Shown piece by piece: positions 46,522 to 55,108 of a stretch of DNA of 64,000 nucleotides. Position numbers and translations under genes: made by a program. The stretch is from positions 1-64,000 of IMG/VR virus record IMGVR_UViG_3300027777_000023; one strand, 5' to 3'. Within the stretch, counting starts at the first letter, position 1, and each line of letters opens with the position of its first letter. This stretch comes from a virus. A model generated the notes under the pieces. That model saw only the letters and a program-made list of their open reading frames with translations. It did no database searches and was not told where the DNA came from.

Positions 46522-47057
46522 TTAAATCAATAAAGATTACGACACTGAGTGAGGCAAAAGATCTGCCTTTTAAAGCTGGGGTAGCGCAGAATCTCTGGAT
46601 TTCCGCTGTCGACCCCGAGGACGAGCAGACCGTCAAAAAACTGTGCCTGCGCTTTGGTAAGATAGGAATGAAGCATTTCTATCAAATATTTAGAGACTGG
46701 AGCGAAGAAGATGGTAGCCCCCACATACAAAAAAATATCGAAGAACAAGGACCAGGAGAACGACATGTCAACAACATCATTTCTTTTCTGGAGCCTTTTG
46801 TTGCTACTCCTCACGAGTACAATCTCGGAGTCAATTGCTTTGCTGGTATCAGTCGAAGTACAGCCATTGGCATAATCGCCTGGGTAATGCAGGGAAAGAC
46901 ACCCGAGCAGGCTCTAAACGACATTCTAGATGTTCGTTCGTTTGCATGGCCCAATCTACGAATATTAAGATTTGCATCACAAAGATTAGGTGTAGACATT
47001 TACACAGTTGTTAAAGCCTGGAAAGATGCAATCCTAGCAGAAGGGATAATCCCATAA
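46518..47057 (+). CDS. Cys-based (PTP-like) phosphatase
   Basis: CX5R loop 'NCFAGISRSTA'; 'WPN.RI' downstream. Confidence 0.8.
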   Translation: MIKSIKITTLSEAKDLPFKAGVAQNLWISAVDPEDEQTVKKLCLRFGKIGMKHFYQIFRDWSEEDGSPHIQKNIEEQGPGERHVNNIISFLEPFVATPHEYNLGVNCFAGISRSTAIGIIAWVMQGKTPEQALNDILDVRSFAWPNLRILRFASQRLGVDIYTVVKAWKDAILAEGIIP

Positions 47058-47221
47058 TGAAAGAATCAATTATAGTGGTTATACTTACCGCTATGCTTAT
47101 ATTTTTGGGTGCATGGACACAGCACATAGCGGAGCAGAGAAAGGCTATTAAAGCTGGAGTAGCCTACTACGCATCAGACGAGCTAGGCTATAGCGTGTTC
47201 AAATATATCACAGAAAAATAA
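47057..47221 (+). CDS. Small membrane protein (54 aa, not in ORF track)
   Basis: TAATG overlap; hydrophobic N-terminus 'IIVVILTAMLIFLGAW'. Confidence 0.5.
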   Translation: MKESIIVVILTAMLIFLGAWTQHIAEQRKAIKAGVAYYASDELGYSVFKYITEK

Positions 47222-47222
47222 A

Positions 47223-47333
47223 ATGAGATTTTTAAACATTGGCGAAACAATCCGAAAGGGAGACGAAGTAAATGTTCAACCATTTACAGGCGAACACTGG
47301 ACACCAATTTGGATCAAAGTTTCTTGCTCGTGA
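47223..47333 (+). CDS. Small ORF (36 aa), possibly truncated
   Basis: MRFLNIGETIRKGDEV...; fills the intergenic gap. Confidence 0.35.
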   Translation: MRFLNIGETIRKGDEVNVQPFTGEHWTPIWIKVSCS

Positions 47334-47365
47334 GGTTGTAAAGAAGTACGCTTACATTGACTAAT

Positions 47366-47677
47366 ATGACAGATCAAGAAATCAATAAAGCTATTGCAGA
47401 ATACTGTGGATGGACGGAATGTAGATTAACGATCAAAGGTGCTGGCGGAGGCACTGTATTTGAAACTGCATATGGTAAACCTCCAAATCGTAAGTATGAA
47501 GCACCTTGTCCAGATTATACGGGTTGTTTAAATGCAATGCATGAGGCAGAGAAGAACTTGAAAGAAAAACATACGCATGCATACGCATGCAACTTAAATC
47601 AAGCAGTTTGGTACTGGGGACTAATTCACTCGACAGCTAAACAAAGAGCAGAAGCTTTTTTAAAGACAATTAATTGA
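47366..47677 (+). CDS. Phage ABA-sandwich-like protein, paralog B1
   Basis: 'EINKAIAEYCGW...PDY...LNAMHEAE...TAKQRAEAFL'. Confidence 0.6.
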   Translation: MTDQEINKAIAEYCGWTECRLTIKGAGGGTVFETAYGKPPNRKYEAPCPDYTGCLNAMHEAEKNLKEKHTHAYACNLNQAVWYWGLIHSTAKQRAEAFLKTIN

Positions 47678-47695
47678 CAGTATATAGTAGATAAT

Positions 47696-47887
47696 ATGGA
47701 ACCAACAATAAAACTAACAGACGAACAAAAAGTATTGCTTGATAGAATTGCAAAAGTACTTGAAAGTGATATAGAAGATCATTGCGCTCATCATGAAATA
47801 TTAGATCCATACGATGGTCGTGAATTCGACAATAACAAGTTTACTGCAATGGTGTGGTATATTGGAGATAAGTTATCATCTTATTAA
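47696..47887 (+). CDS. Small protein, paralog C1
   Basis: 'KLTDEQK...IEDHC...FDNNKF..VWYIGD'. Confidence 0.6.
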   Translation: MEPTIKLTDEQKVLLDRIAKVLESDIEDHCAHHEILDPYDGREFDNNKFTAMVWYIGDKLSSY

Positions 47888-47890
47888 TTT

Positions 47891-48268
47891 ATGGAAGAAT
47901 ATAAAATTAACCTACTAAAACTAGCAGCAGAGTATGATTTCCGAGAAGATCTTTATTGGAACAAAGATCTTCGTTTTCTTATCATGTGTAGTGATGTTTT
48001 TGCTTGGGGATATGCAGATCTTGAAAGTATTACTAGTCAAGAAGATGTAGATTTGCTAGAGCAATGTATTAAAGATTGTCAAGTGGCAGGACAATTTGGT
48101 GAAGTTTATGCGTCTCAATTGTACTGTGCAAAGAAACGGAAAATGCGACCTCAAGGGGCTTACTACAAACATATAGAAGTCAAGGAGTTATGGCCTTTGT
48201 TTGATGCTTGTGGACCAGAAAGAGAAGTGAACTTCGGTAATCCTAAACCTCGTCCTTCAGAAAAATAA
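47891..48268 (+). CDS. Hypothetical phage protein
   Basis: 125 aa; 'CSDVFAWGYAD...LYCAKKRKMRPQGAYY...WPLFDACGPER'. Confidence 0.6.
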   Translation: MEEYKINLLKLAAEYDFREDLYWNKDLRFLIMCSDVFAWGYADLESITSQEDVDLLEQCIKDCQVAGQFGEVYASQLYCAKKRKMRPQGAYYKHIEVKELWPLFDACGPEREVNFGNPKPRPSEK

Positions 48269-48273
48269 CCTTA

Positions 48274-48678
48274 ATGAAGACTAGAATAACACTAAAAACA
48301 CTGGAACAAGCAACCGCTCAGGAAGTATTTGATCAGGTTGCCGAGCATATGTTAACGCAGGACGAACTGTCGATACTCAATGGTACTTGCATGTATAGAG
48401 GAGATAATGGACTCAAATGCGCTGCAGGTTGTCTTATCGGTGATGACGAGTATAACAACGAGCTGATGGAAGGATGTCCATGGGCTGACATGCTCGATAG
48501 ATTAGATGTTGGAATTTCAACCAAGCACAATAAACTTATTTCAAAATTACAGAATATACACGACAGAATTAAGTGCGATCTGTGGTTGGACCACCTGCAG
48601 GGCGTGGCAACCGCCTTCGAACTCAGCGATAAAGTAATTACGGAGTATGAAAGAAAAATACACTGCTTATCAAAATAA
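48274..48678 (+). CDS. Hypothetical protein, paralog A2
   Basis: 'QEVFDQV...CMYRGDNGLKCAAGCLI'. Confidence 0.6.
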   Translation: MKTRITLKTLEQATAQEVFDQVAEHMLTQDELSILNGTCMYRGDNGLKCAAGCLIGDDEYNNELMEGCPWADMLDRLDVGISTKHNKLISKLQNIHDRIKCDLWLDHLQGVATAFELSDKVITEYERKIHCLSK

Positions 48679-48907
48679 GAAGACTCATAGATGGTTAATC
48701 TTTAACCCCAGCATTAAAATATACTATGAAAGATACGGATACGGGCATTCGCTCTATGACGCATTTGACAAATCTGTATTGTATTGTGTTAGGAATATTA
48801 TTGAAGAAGATTTCTCTAAAACTAAATTAGAGAACAGAGAAGATTGGCAGTTGATGGAAGTTGATATTGAGTATAACTTTAATAGTGTAGTAAGAAATGA
48901 AATTTAA
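48647..48907 (+). CDS. Hypothetical protein
   Basis: 86 aa, overlapping its neighbours. Confidence 0.45.
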   Translation: MKEKYTAYQNKKTHRWLIFNPSIKIYYERYGYGHSLYDAFDKSVLYCVRNIIEEDFSKTKLENREDWQLMEVDIEYNFNSVVRNEI

Positions 48908-49046
48908 TATGGGAATTAACCAAGAATTTCTCAGCTGGTTTAAAAATCGCTTAAACAAGAACCTACATATTGATGAGTGGCAGAGACCTATTCTTGTGAG
49001 CCTTCTTGATACCTTGACTAGAAATAATGTTAGCAAAGAACTGTAA
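48897..49046 (+). CDS. Small ORF (49 aa, not in ORF track)
   Basis: MKFNMGINQEF...; fills the gap between genes. Confidence 0.35.
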   Translation: MKFNMGINQEFLSWFKNRLNKNLHIDEWQRPILVSLLDTLTRNNVSKEL

Positions 49047-49047
49047 T

Positions 49048-49245
49048 ATGGGACACTCAAACTATAAACTAACAGACGAGCAAAAGAGAGTGCTTGGCAC
49101 CATCGCAGACAGTATTGCAATCGCAATCGAAGATCACTGCAGAGATCACGAAACCGACACGTATGATACCGCTGACGGTAAATTTGACGACAACAAGTTC
49201 TCGGCGGCAGTATGGTATATCGGAGATCAACTAAGTGCATATTGA
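49048..49245 (+). CDS. Small protein, paralog C2
   Basis: 'KLTDEQK...IEDHC...FDDNKF..VWYIGD'. Confidence 0.6.
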   Translation: MGHSNYKLTDEQKRVLGTIADSIAIAIEDHCRDHETDTYDTADGKFDDNKFSAAVWYIGDQLSAY

Positions 49246-49246
49246 T

Positions 49247-49549
49247 ATGAAATTTGACCGAGACAAACTAGAAGAAGAAGTTCTCAAAAAAGTTAAAGAA
49301 GTTAATGAGGAGTCGGGCTACCGTCCTTACTTTGAGCTGCCCGAATATGTGCACATCGTCGCTTCTATCATGGAAGATAAGTTTAAAGTTGAGTATGATG
49401 ATTTTGTGAATCAAATACATCTACTTTCCAAAGAACTAGACAAAGCTCAGATCAAAGCAGAAAATTTAGAAGAAGAGTTAATCCAATTAAAAGGAGACAT
49501 GGATGTGATAACCTTATGGCTGAAGAACACAAAATCAATATTGCGCTAG
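49247..49549 (+). CDS. Coiled-coil hypothetical protein
   Basis: Heptad-rich C-terminus. Confidence 0.5.
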   Translation: MKFDRDKLEEEVLKKVKEVNEESGYRPYFELPEYVHIVASIMEDKFKVEYDDFVNQIHLLSKELDKAQIKAENLEEELIQLKGDMDVITLWLKNTKSILR

Positions 49550-49854
49550 CCGAATTGTATGGCTGGACAGATATTCAAATAAGTACAGACTATAGGGGTT
49601 CCTATGGTTTGGATGAACAAGGTAGACTTCGTTTGCTTCCTAAATACTGGGAAGACGCTTATACATTTGAAGAACTTTGGCCTAAGCTGACTGACGAAAA
49701 GAAAATGAGATTCACTAATGAACTTTGCTCTATTATTGATCGTGAAGACTATCCAACAAGATACATAGGAGGCGGCTGTTCAGCTTTCTTTGCTACAGCA
49801 AGACAAAGAGCAGAAGCTATGTTGAGAACATTTGATAATTGGAAAGAAGAATAA
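49516..49854 (+). CDS. Phage ABA-sandwich-like protein, paralog B2
   Basis: 'INIALAELYGW...TARQRAEAMLRT'. Confidence 0.55.
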   Translation: MAEEHKINIALAELYGWTDIQISTDYRGSYGLDEQGRLRLLPKYWEDAYTFEELWPKLTDEKKMRFTNELCSIIDREDYPTRYIGGGCSAFFATARQRAEAMLRTFDNWKEE

Positions 49855-49855
49855 T

Positions 49856-50968
49856 ATGACATTTATTGCATTCAGCGATCAGCATCTGGAAAGCAAACTA
49901 TACAATATTCCAGAACTCGAGAAAGACAACAGAACCCTATTCAGCCTTGTAATCGACACTGCTATCGAGCGAGAAGTTGATTATCTTGTGAGTGTAGGTG
50001 ACTTGTTCGACAACAATAAGCCTAGCAGCGATACGATTAGATTCGTCACAGGTGAGCTAGAGCGATTAAAAAAACACAACGTAAAGCCTGTAGCAATTGC
50101 TGGCGACCATAGCAAGCCTGTCTATGGCAGTACCTGGGAGCAGGTATGTGGGTTTGAGGATATCAACACCGTGGCTGAGTTTGCTGGTGTGGACTATAGC
50201 GACAATCCGCAGGATGTAGTCGAACTGCTCAACCATGAATTAAACAAACGCGATAAAGACACGGTCGAGTTCCTATTCATGCATCAGCAAATCCCTGAAC
50301 TCTGGCCGTTCTGCGACGAGAAGAAAAAGATCTCGTTAAAAGATCTAGATCTAGGCAATCACTGCGGCTCGATGCAGGGTGTGTTTCTTGGCGATATTCA
50401 TATTCGTCGAGAAATGCGCTATCATGACATAGCCTGCGATAAAGAGCTATTCGTGGGCTATTGTGGCAGTCTTGGTGTAACCGCAGCCAACGAAACAGAA
50501 AAACCTGGCTTGTACTACTATGATGGTGAAAAGCTGAAGACAATCAAGTATGACTTGCCTCGCCAGTATGTAACCCTCAACGTTACCCCAGACAACCTTG
50601 AAGAGACTGCCCGCACCTGTAGGTATGACATCTATAAGTTGGGCGACACAGGCCGTAGTAAGCCTGTGCTTCTTGTGAAGCTGTACAACGGAGTTGAGAT
50701 TGAGGGTAAACTAAACTTCCTCTACGACATCGGTCATGTAAAGATGACCAGAGTACGCTCTGATGCCGAAGGTAAGGAAGAGTTGGTAAACATTCGATCT
50801 GAGATTAAAACCATGGACAGGTTTAGTGGAGTTCTCAGAGACCTTACAAACGGTATCGAAAACAGTGAAACTGTATACGACCTAGCATACAAACTGCTCA
50901 CATCAGCAGACCCTAAAAGTGAACTAGACACGTTCAAAGCATCAGTATATGAGCCACAAATTAACTAA
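49856..50968 (+). CDS. sbcD: Mre11/SbcD-like metallophosphoesterase nuclease
   Basis: Motifs 'SDQH', 'GDLFD', 'AGDH', 'FMHQ', 'GDIH', 'YCGS'. Confidence 0.85.
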   Translation: MTFIAFSDQHLESKLYNIPELEKDNRTLFSLVIDTAIEREVDYLVSVGDLFDNNKPSSDTIRFVTGELERLKKHNVKPVAIAGDHSKPVYGSTWEQVCGFEDINTVAEFAGVDYSDNPQDVVELLNHELNKRDKDTVEFLFMHQQIPELWPFCDEKKKISLKDLDLGNHCGSMQGVFLGDIHIRREMRYHDIACDKELFVGYCGSLGVTAANETEKPGLYYYDGEKLKTIKYDLPRQYVTLNVTPDNLEETARTCRYDIYKLGDTGRSKPVLLVKLYNGVEIEGKLNFLYDIGHVKMTRVRSDAEGKEELVNIRSEIKTMDRFSGVLRDLTNGIENSETVYDLAYKLLTSADPKSELDTFKASVYEPQIN

Positions 50969-51206
50969 ACAGCAGAAGCAGATCATCCTAGATGCAAGAA
51001 AATGTATCATGGAACATTATAAAGTTGTTGATGAGATTGAAAAGAAAGTTCTCGAGGGTTTAGGAATTAAGGAAGATAGTAATGCTCATTGCGAATTGAT
51101 AGACATCTTTCACAATCAATCTGTAGTAGCATTCGAAGGCATGGATAGATTATTAGAATTGGTTGCTCTTTATATGGAACAAGATAAACAAAAAGAACTA
51201 GAATAA
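50949..51206 (+). CDS. Hypothetical protein
   Basis: 85 aa. Confidence 0.5.
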   Translation: MSHKLTKQQKQIILDARKCIMEHYKVVDEIEKKVLEGLGIKEDSNAHCELIDIFHNQSVVAFEGMDRLLELVALYMEQDKQKELE

Positions 51207-51209
51207 ACT

Positions 51210-51530
51210 ATGAACGCTAAACAAGAATTACTACATCGTTTAGAAGAACCCTGCGCCAGGCTCTTGTGTGCTTATATCCAATATGGTGCAGACTGGGAGG
51301 AGCCTCGTACACTTATAACTCTTAAGGTTGGATACGATTCAGCAGAATTAGAAAGCTTTTTGAATAAGCTAAATTTTGGCTATGATAGTGGTTTCGGTGC
51401 TCAAGAATTGTTTGGTGTGGTTTGGTTGGAAGATGGTACGTGGTTGAGTAGAGAAGAATATGATGGTAGTGAATGGTGGCAGCATAACAAGCTTCCTCAT
51501 ATTCCAATAGAGTGTTTAAGAGTGCAATAA
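51210..51530 (+). CDS. Conserved phage hypothetical protein
   Basis: 'YDSGFGAQELFGVVW..DGTWL.R.EYDGSEWW'. Confidence 0.6.
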   Translation: MNAKQELLHRLEEPCARLLCAYIQYGADWEEPRTLITLKVGYDSAELESFLNKLNFGYDSGFGAQELFGVVWLEDGTWLSREEYDGSEWWQHNKLPHIPIECLRVQ

Positions 51531-51533
51531 ATT

Positions 51534-52109
51534 ATGAAAGAATATAAAAAAATTGTTGAAAAATATCCTGAGTTGTTTGGTGCTACCGATAAACGCTCAC
51601 CATACGCTATGTTTGGCTTTGAGTGCGGAATTGGCTGGTATGACATTATCGAAAATGCCTGCTTTGTCTTATACCAACGATACGCTAATGCAAAATGGTA
51701 TCTAAATATTATCGAGCAGCAGCTGGAAGATGTGCCTGGGTACGCCAAGAGAACAAGCTACGGAGACAAAGTTGTTTCCGAAGAAGAAGCACAGACTGAG
51801 CTGGAAAAGCAAAAAGCTAAATGTGTGGTTAAGCTAGAGGAGGCAAAAGAAAACCTACCCAAAGTGGCGCAAATCAAAGAGAAGTTCGGATCACTACGGT
51901 TCTATCTCTATAACGTGGACGATGTGAGCAACGCAGTCACAACATATGCTGAGGCCATGAGTACGAGCACTTGCGAAGACTGTGGGTGTCCAGGCAAAAC
52001 ATATCGTATGGGCTGGTATCGCACATTGTGTCCAGCACATGCAGCTGAGCAATACGATGCAGATCAACTAGCAAACTACGAGAAAGAACTAGAAGAAGAC
52101 GAGAAATAG
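51534..52109 (+). CDS. Conserved phage protein with Zn ribbon
   Basis: 'ECGIGWYDII', 'QIKEKFGSLRFY', 'CEDCG...W.RTLC'. Confidence 0.65.
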   Translation: MKEYKKIVEKYPELFGATDKRSPYAMFGFECGIGWYDIIENACFVLYQRYANAKWYLNIIEQQLEDVPGYAKRTSYGDKVVSEEEAQTELEKQKAKCVVKLEEAKENLPKVAQIKEKFGSLRFYLYNVDDVSNAVTTYAEAMSTSTCEDCGCPGKTYRMGWYRTLCPAHAAEQYDADQLANYEKELEEDEK

Positions 52110-52110
52110 T

Positions 52111-52242
52111 ATGACTGAATTAGAATATCAGCTGGCTAAAGACATATCGTTAAATCTTTGTATTACGGTATCGGGATTTATACTGGGATGGATATTAGGG
52201 TTAATATTTTTCCACTTCATTGGTGGATTATTTAAACGATAG
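52111..52242 (+). CDS. Small membrane protein (43 aa, not in ORF track)
   Basis: Single hydrophobic helix 'CITVSGFILGWILGLIFFHFIGG'. Confidence 0.45.
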   Translation: MTELEYQLAKDISLNLCITVSGFILGWILGLIFFHFIGGLFKR

Positions 52243-52254
52243 GAGTATAAATTT

Positions 52255-52482
52255 ATGGCTACAATCAAAAGGTTCAAGATTCAGTTCATACTGGTGAAAG
52301 AAGCTATAAGACCCTATACCCGTAAACGCTGGAAAGATAAGACAGGCTGGTCGTATTGTACACTAGCTAACGCAACACAAGCCTTAGCAGAACTTAATAG
52401 CGCGTACGAGTTGTTAGGTAGAACCAAAACAGAAACATGGCGTATATACGACATGATTAACCACGAACCTCTAGTACTATGA
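52255..52482 (+). CDS. Hypothetical protein
   Basis: 75 aa. Confidence 0.5.
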   Translation: MATIKRFKIQFILVKEAIRPYTRKRWKDKTGWSYCTLANATQALAELNSAYELLGRTKTETWRIYDMINHEPLVL

Positions 52483-52700
52483 GTCTTGATAAAGCGATTA
52501 AATACTGCAAAGAACACAGAAAGAACTATACTGGCGCTGCTGCATGGGACGCCACCTGTAGACCTCATGGAGGATGTCCTTGGTGTGAAGATAATCGTAC
52601 ACATCAAGACAAGAAAGCCAGAGCAGCGGCAGATGAAGAACTAGAAAACTGGGAACCAGAACACAACGAACTGTGGACGCAGAACAGCAAAACACAATGA
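52479..52700 (+). CDS. Small Cys/His-containing phage protein
   Basis: 'CRPHGGCPWCEDNR'. Confidence 0.6.
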   Translation: MSLDKAIKYCKEHRKNYTGAAAWDATCRPHGGCPWCEDNRTHQDKKARAAADEELENWEPEHNELWTQNSKTQ

Positions 52701-52924
52701 GCGAACCAATTCCAGAAAGCCACCGGAACGCATCAAGAATGTATAATTCTTTTTACGAGGCCATGATATTACCGGGCATATACAATAAAGAAGCTGTACA
52801 GCTACTTATCGCACAGATTGAGCACGACCTGCATACGTACAAAGAAGACTTTGACGATGTGGAGATGGCTTTGTATCGAAACTATATCCACTACCTAAAA
52901 ACACTTAAACATGAATCAAACTGA
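52697..52924 (+). CDS. Hypothetical protein
   Basis: ATGA overlap; 75 aa. Confidence 0.45.
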   Translation: MSEPIPESHRNASRMYNSFYEAMILPGIYNKEAVQLLIAQIEHDLHTYKEDFDDVEMALYRNYIHYLKTLKHESN

Positions 52925-53465
52925 CGAACACACAGACAAACTAGCAGCAAAACTAGAGAAGCTGAAAGAGCGAGCGCATTTCGCGCTAGACTGTGCATAC
53001 GAAGATCTACAAGAACTCGCGTTGTGTAGTGCAGCTTTTGCCGAGTTTATATACTACTTCACAGCGTACATAGCTGCAAATGAAACGGCAGCTTTTCAGC
53101 TCACAGATCCTGATATCGGCCGAGAACTATGGCTCTTTGTTAATGAAATATGTGAGGGCAACGGCATGGCAGATGATATAGATCATCCGACTAAATGGGT
53201 ATTTTGCTTGAATCAGTTTGCAGGCAACTATTTCTTTGATGACAACTGTTTCAGGTTTCGTCAGGAAAATTACGGAGTATTCAGCTTCTACTCTGATTAC
53301 GATCAAGGTTTTCATAATCCCAGGATTCTCATAGAGGCAGCTAAAGCAAACGTTGCATGGAAGAAAGAGCGCAAGAGTCGGGGCTGGATTACTGAAGCAG
53401 CCAAAGCAATTAAAGTAGACGGAAGTAAAGTATTAGAACTAGCAAAAAATGAGCATACTAGGTAA
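52911..53465 (+). CDS. Hypothetical protein
   Basis: 184 aa. Confidence 0.5.
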   Translation: MNQTDEHTDKLAAKLEKLKERAHFALDCAYEDLQELALCSAAFAEFIYYFTAYIAANETAAFQLTDPDIGRELWLFVNEICEGNGMADDIDHPTKWVFCLNQFAGNYFFDDNCFRFRQENYGVFSFYSDYDQGFHNPRILIEAAKANVAWKKERKSRGWITEAAKAIKVDGSKVLELAKNEHTR

Positions 53466-53640
53466 AAAGGGTTTAAAGCCTGAAATGGTGTTCAAGTGCA
53501 ACGACTGTGATCATACGACCACAGGACAAAACATTATCGACGGCGAGTATCTTTACATCGTACGTCGAAACACAGAAGTTCCCAATCTGTCAATATTCCG
53601 CTGTGAATCTTGTCAGGATGACCACGATGATCAGGAATAA
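53449..53640 (+). CDS. Small Zn-ribbon protein
   Basis: 'CNDC...CESC'. Confidence 0.5.
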   Translation: MSILGKKGLKPEMVFKCNDCDHTTTGQNIIDGEYLYIVRRNTEVPNLSIFRCESCQDDHDDQE

Positions 53641-54529
53641 AGGCGTGTGCTGCATTGTTCTCGCACTAGAAGAGAACGACCCACCAGTAAAGTTCAAGAC
53701 AATCACATACAAGTCCTTCAGTGCTCTTCCTAGAGAAGCTGCACTGGAGAAACTTGGGGGTGTGATTGAGAATAACTTGAAGGTTACATGGGAAGCAGTT
53801 GAATATTGTGGATTGTCTGGACATAACTATAGACTTAGTTCCGACGTATTCCCGTTGATCACATACAAGGCAGCCGCAGTGAGTATAGAGGATCTGCCCA
53901 ATGTTGCCGGAATATGTGAATTGCTAGACATCATCAAAGACACAAGAAAGCGATATGGTGTACGCATTAGCTGTCATCCAGATCAGTTTAATGTGCTTGC
54001 CAGCGATAACACTGAAGCTGTGGCACGGTCCATTACTGAATTAAACTTTCAGGCATGGTTCATGACTCAGATAGGCTGTCCGTTAAATTATGATGCACCA
54101 CTAAACATACACATAAATAGGTCACATAAAGGCGATCTTGAAGGTATTGCTAGACTGTTTAACGACAGTTTCAAGCTACTCAGCGATGATGCTCGCCTTC
54201 GGCTAGTACTCGAAAACGACGACAAGCAGACTGGCTGGAGTGTGATGGACTTGTACAGGATGCAGCACATTCTTAATACTCCCATCACATTCGACTATCT
54301 GCATCACAAGTGTCACCCAGGAAACATGCCTGAGGACTCAGCATTAGTATTAGCCAGCCTTACATGGGGAGCGTACGTTCCCCTGTTTCATTATAGCGAA
54401 AGCATACCTGGACATAACAATCCAAGGAAGCACGCAGATTACGCCTCAAAGCTGCCAGAAACCTACAACAAAACCTTCGACCTCGACTTCGAGTTCAAGA
54501 TGAAGGAAAAATCATTCGAAAACTTATGA
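53627..54529 (+). CDS. uvsE: UV damage endonuclease (UvdE/UvsE)
   Basis: 'YRLSSD.FP', 'CHPDQF', 'NIH', 'LENDD', 'FDYLHH', 'HYSES...HADY'. Confidence 0.92.
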   Translation: MIRNKGVCCIVLALEENDPPVKFKTITYKSFSALPREAALEKLGGVIENNLKVTWEAVEYCGLSGHNYRLSSDVFPLITYKAAAVSIEDLPNVAGICELLDIIKDTRKRYGVRISCHPDQFNVLASDNTEAVARSITELNFQAWFMTQIGCPLNYDAPLNIHINRSHKGDLEGIARLFNDSFKLLSDDARLRLVLENDDKQTGWSVMDLYRMQHILNTPITFDYLHHKCHPGNMPEDSALVLASLTWGAYVPLFHYSESIPGHNNPRKHADYASKLPETYNKTFDLDFEFKMKEKSFENL

Positions 54530-54816
54530 CGAAATATAAACTGTACAGAGTAACTGTCGAAAAAGAATTCGTGATAGCTGCTCCTGCAGAGGATGCGCTT
54601 GATATTGTGGAATCTAGCGTAAATAATATTATACGACTTCACTCAGACGATATGCGGAGCGAAGACCCTACACAAGTTACTGCAAAGGAAATCAAAGGTG
54701 TCAGTGACCTCCCTGACGGCTGGGTGCCTTCGTGTTTACCATACACAAACCACAGCCCTGCTAAAATACCGCGTGAGATAATAAATAAAACCATTAAAGA
54801 TTTCTTGAATGACTGA
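54526..54816 (+). CDS. Hypothetical protein
   Basis: 96 aa; 'DLPDGW...LPY'. Confidence 0.5.
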   Translation: MTKYKLYRVTVEKEFVIAAPAEDALDIVESSVNNIIRLHSDDMRSEDPTQVTAKEIKGVSDLPDGWVPSCLPYTNHSPAKIPREIINKTIKDFLND

Positions 54817-55108
54817 CGAACAAATTAACGCGGCGATTGCCGAGGCGTGTGGGTGGACCAACGTGCACCCAGCAAACAGGTCTGGCAAAGCGCCCGGGAC
54901 TGACTATACGAGCAATTACGAACACATTCCAGACTATTGCAACGACCTCAACGCAATGCACCAAGCTGAAGGAGCCCTGTCGGATGGCGACTTGTGGACA
55001 ATGAAATACAATTTACCGCTCCAGGGCGATCTTGAGTTTCGGTCAACAGCCAGACAGCGGGCAGAAGCATTTCTAAGAACACTAGACAAATGGAAATCAG
55101 AAAACTAA
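54809..55108 (+). CDS. Phage ABA-sandwich-like protein, paralog B3
   Basis: 'QINAAIAEACGW...PDYCNDLNAMHQAE...TARQRAEAFLRT'. Confidence 0.6.
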   Translation: MTDEQINAAIAEACGWTNVHPANRSGKAPGTDYTSNYEHIPDYCNDLNAMHQAEGALSDGDLWTMKYNLPLQGDLEFRSTARQRAEAFLRTLDKWKSEN

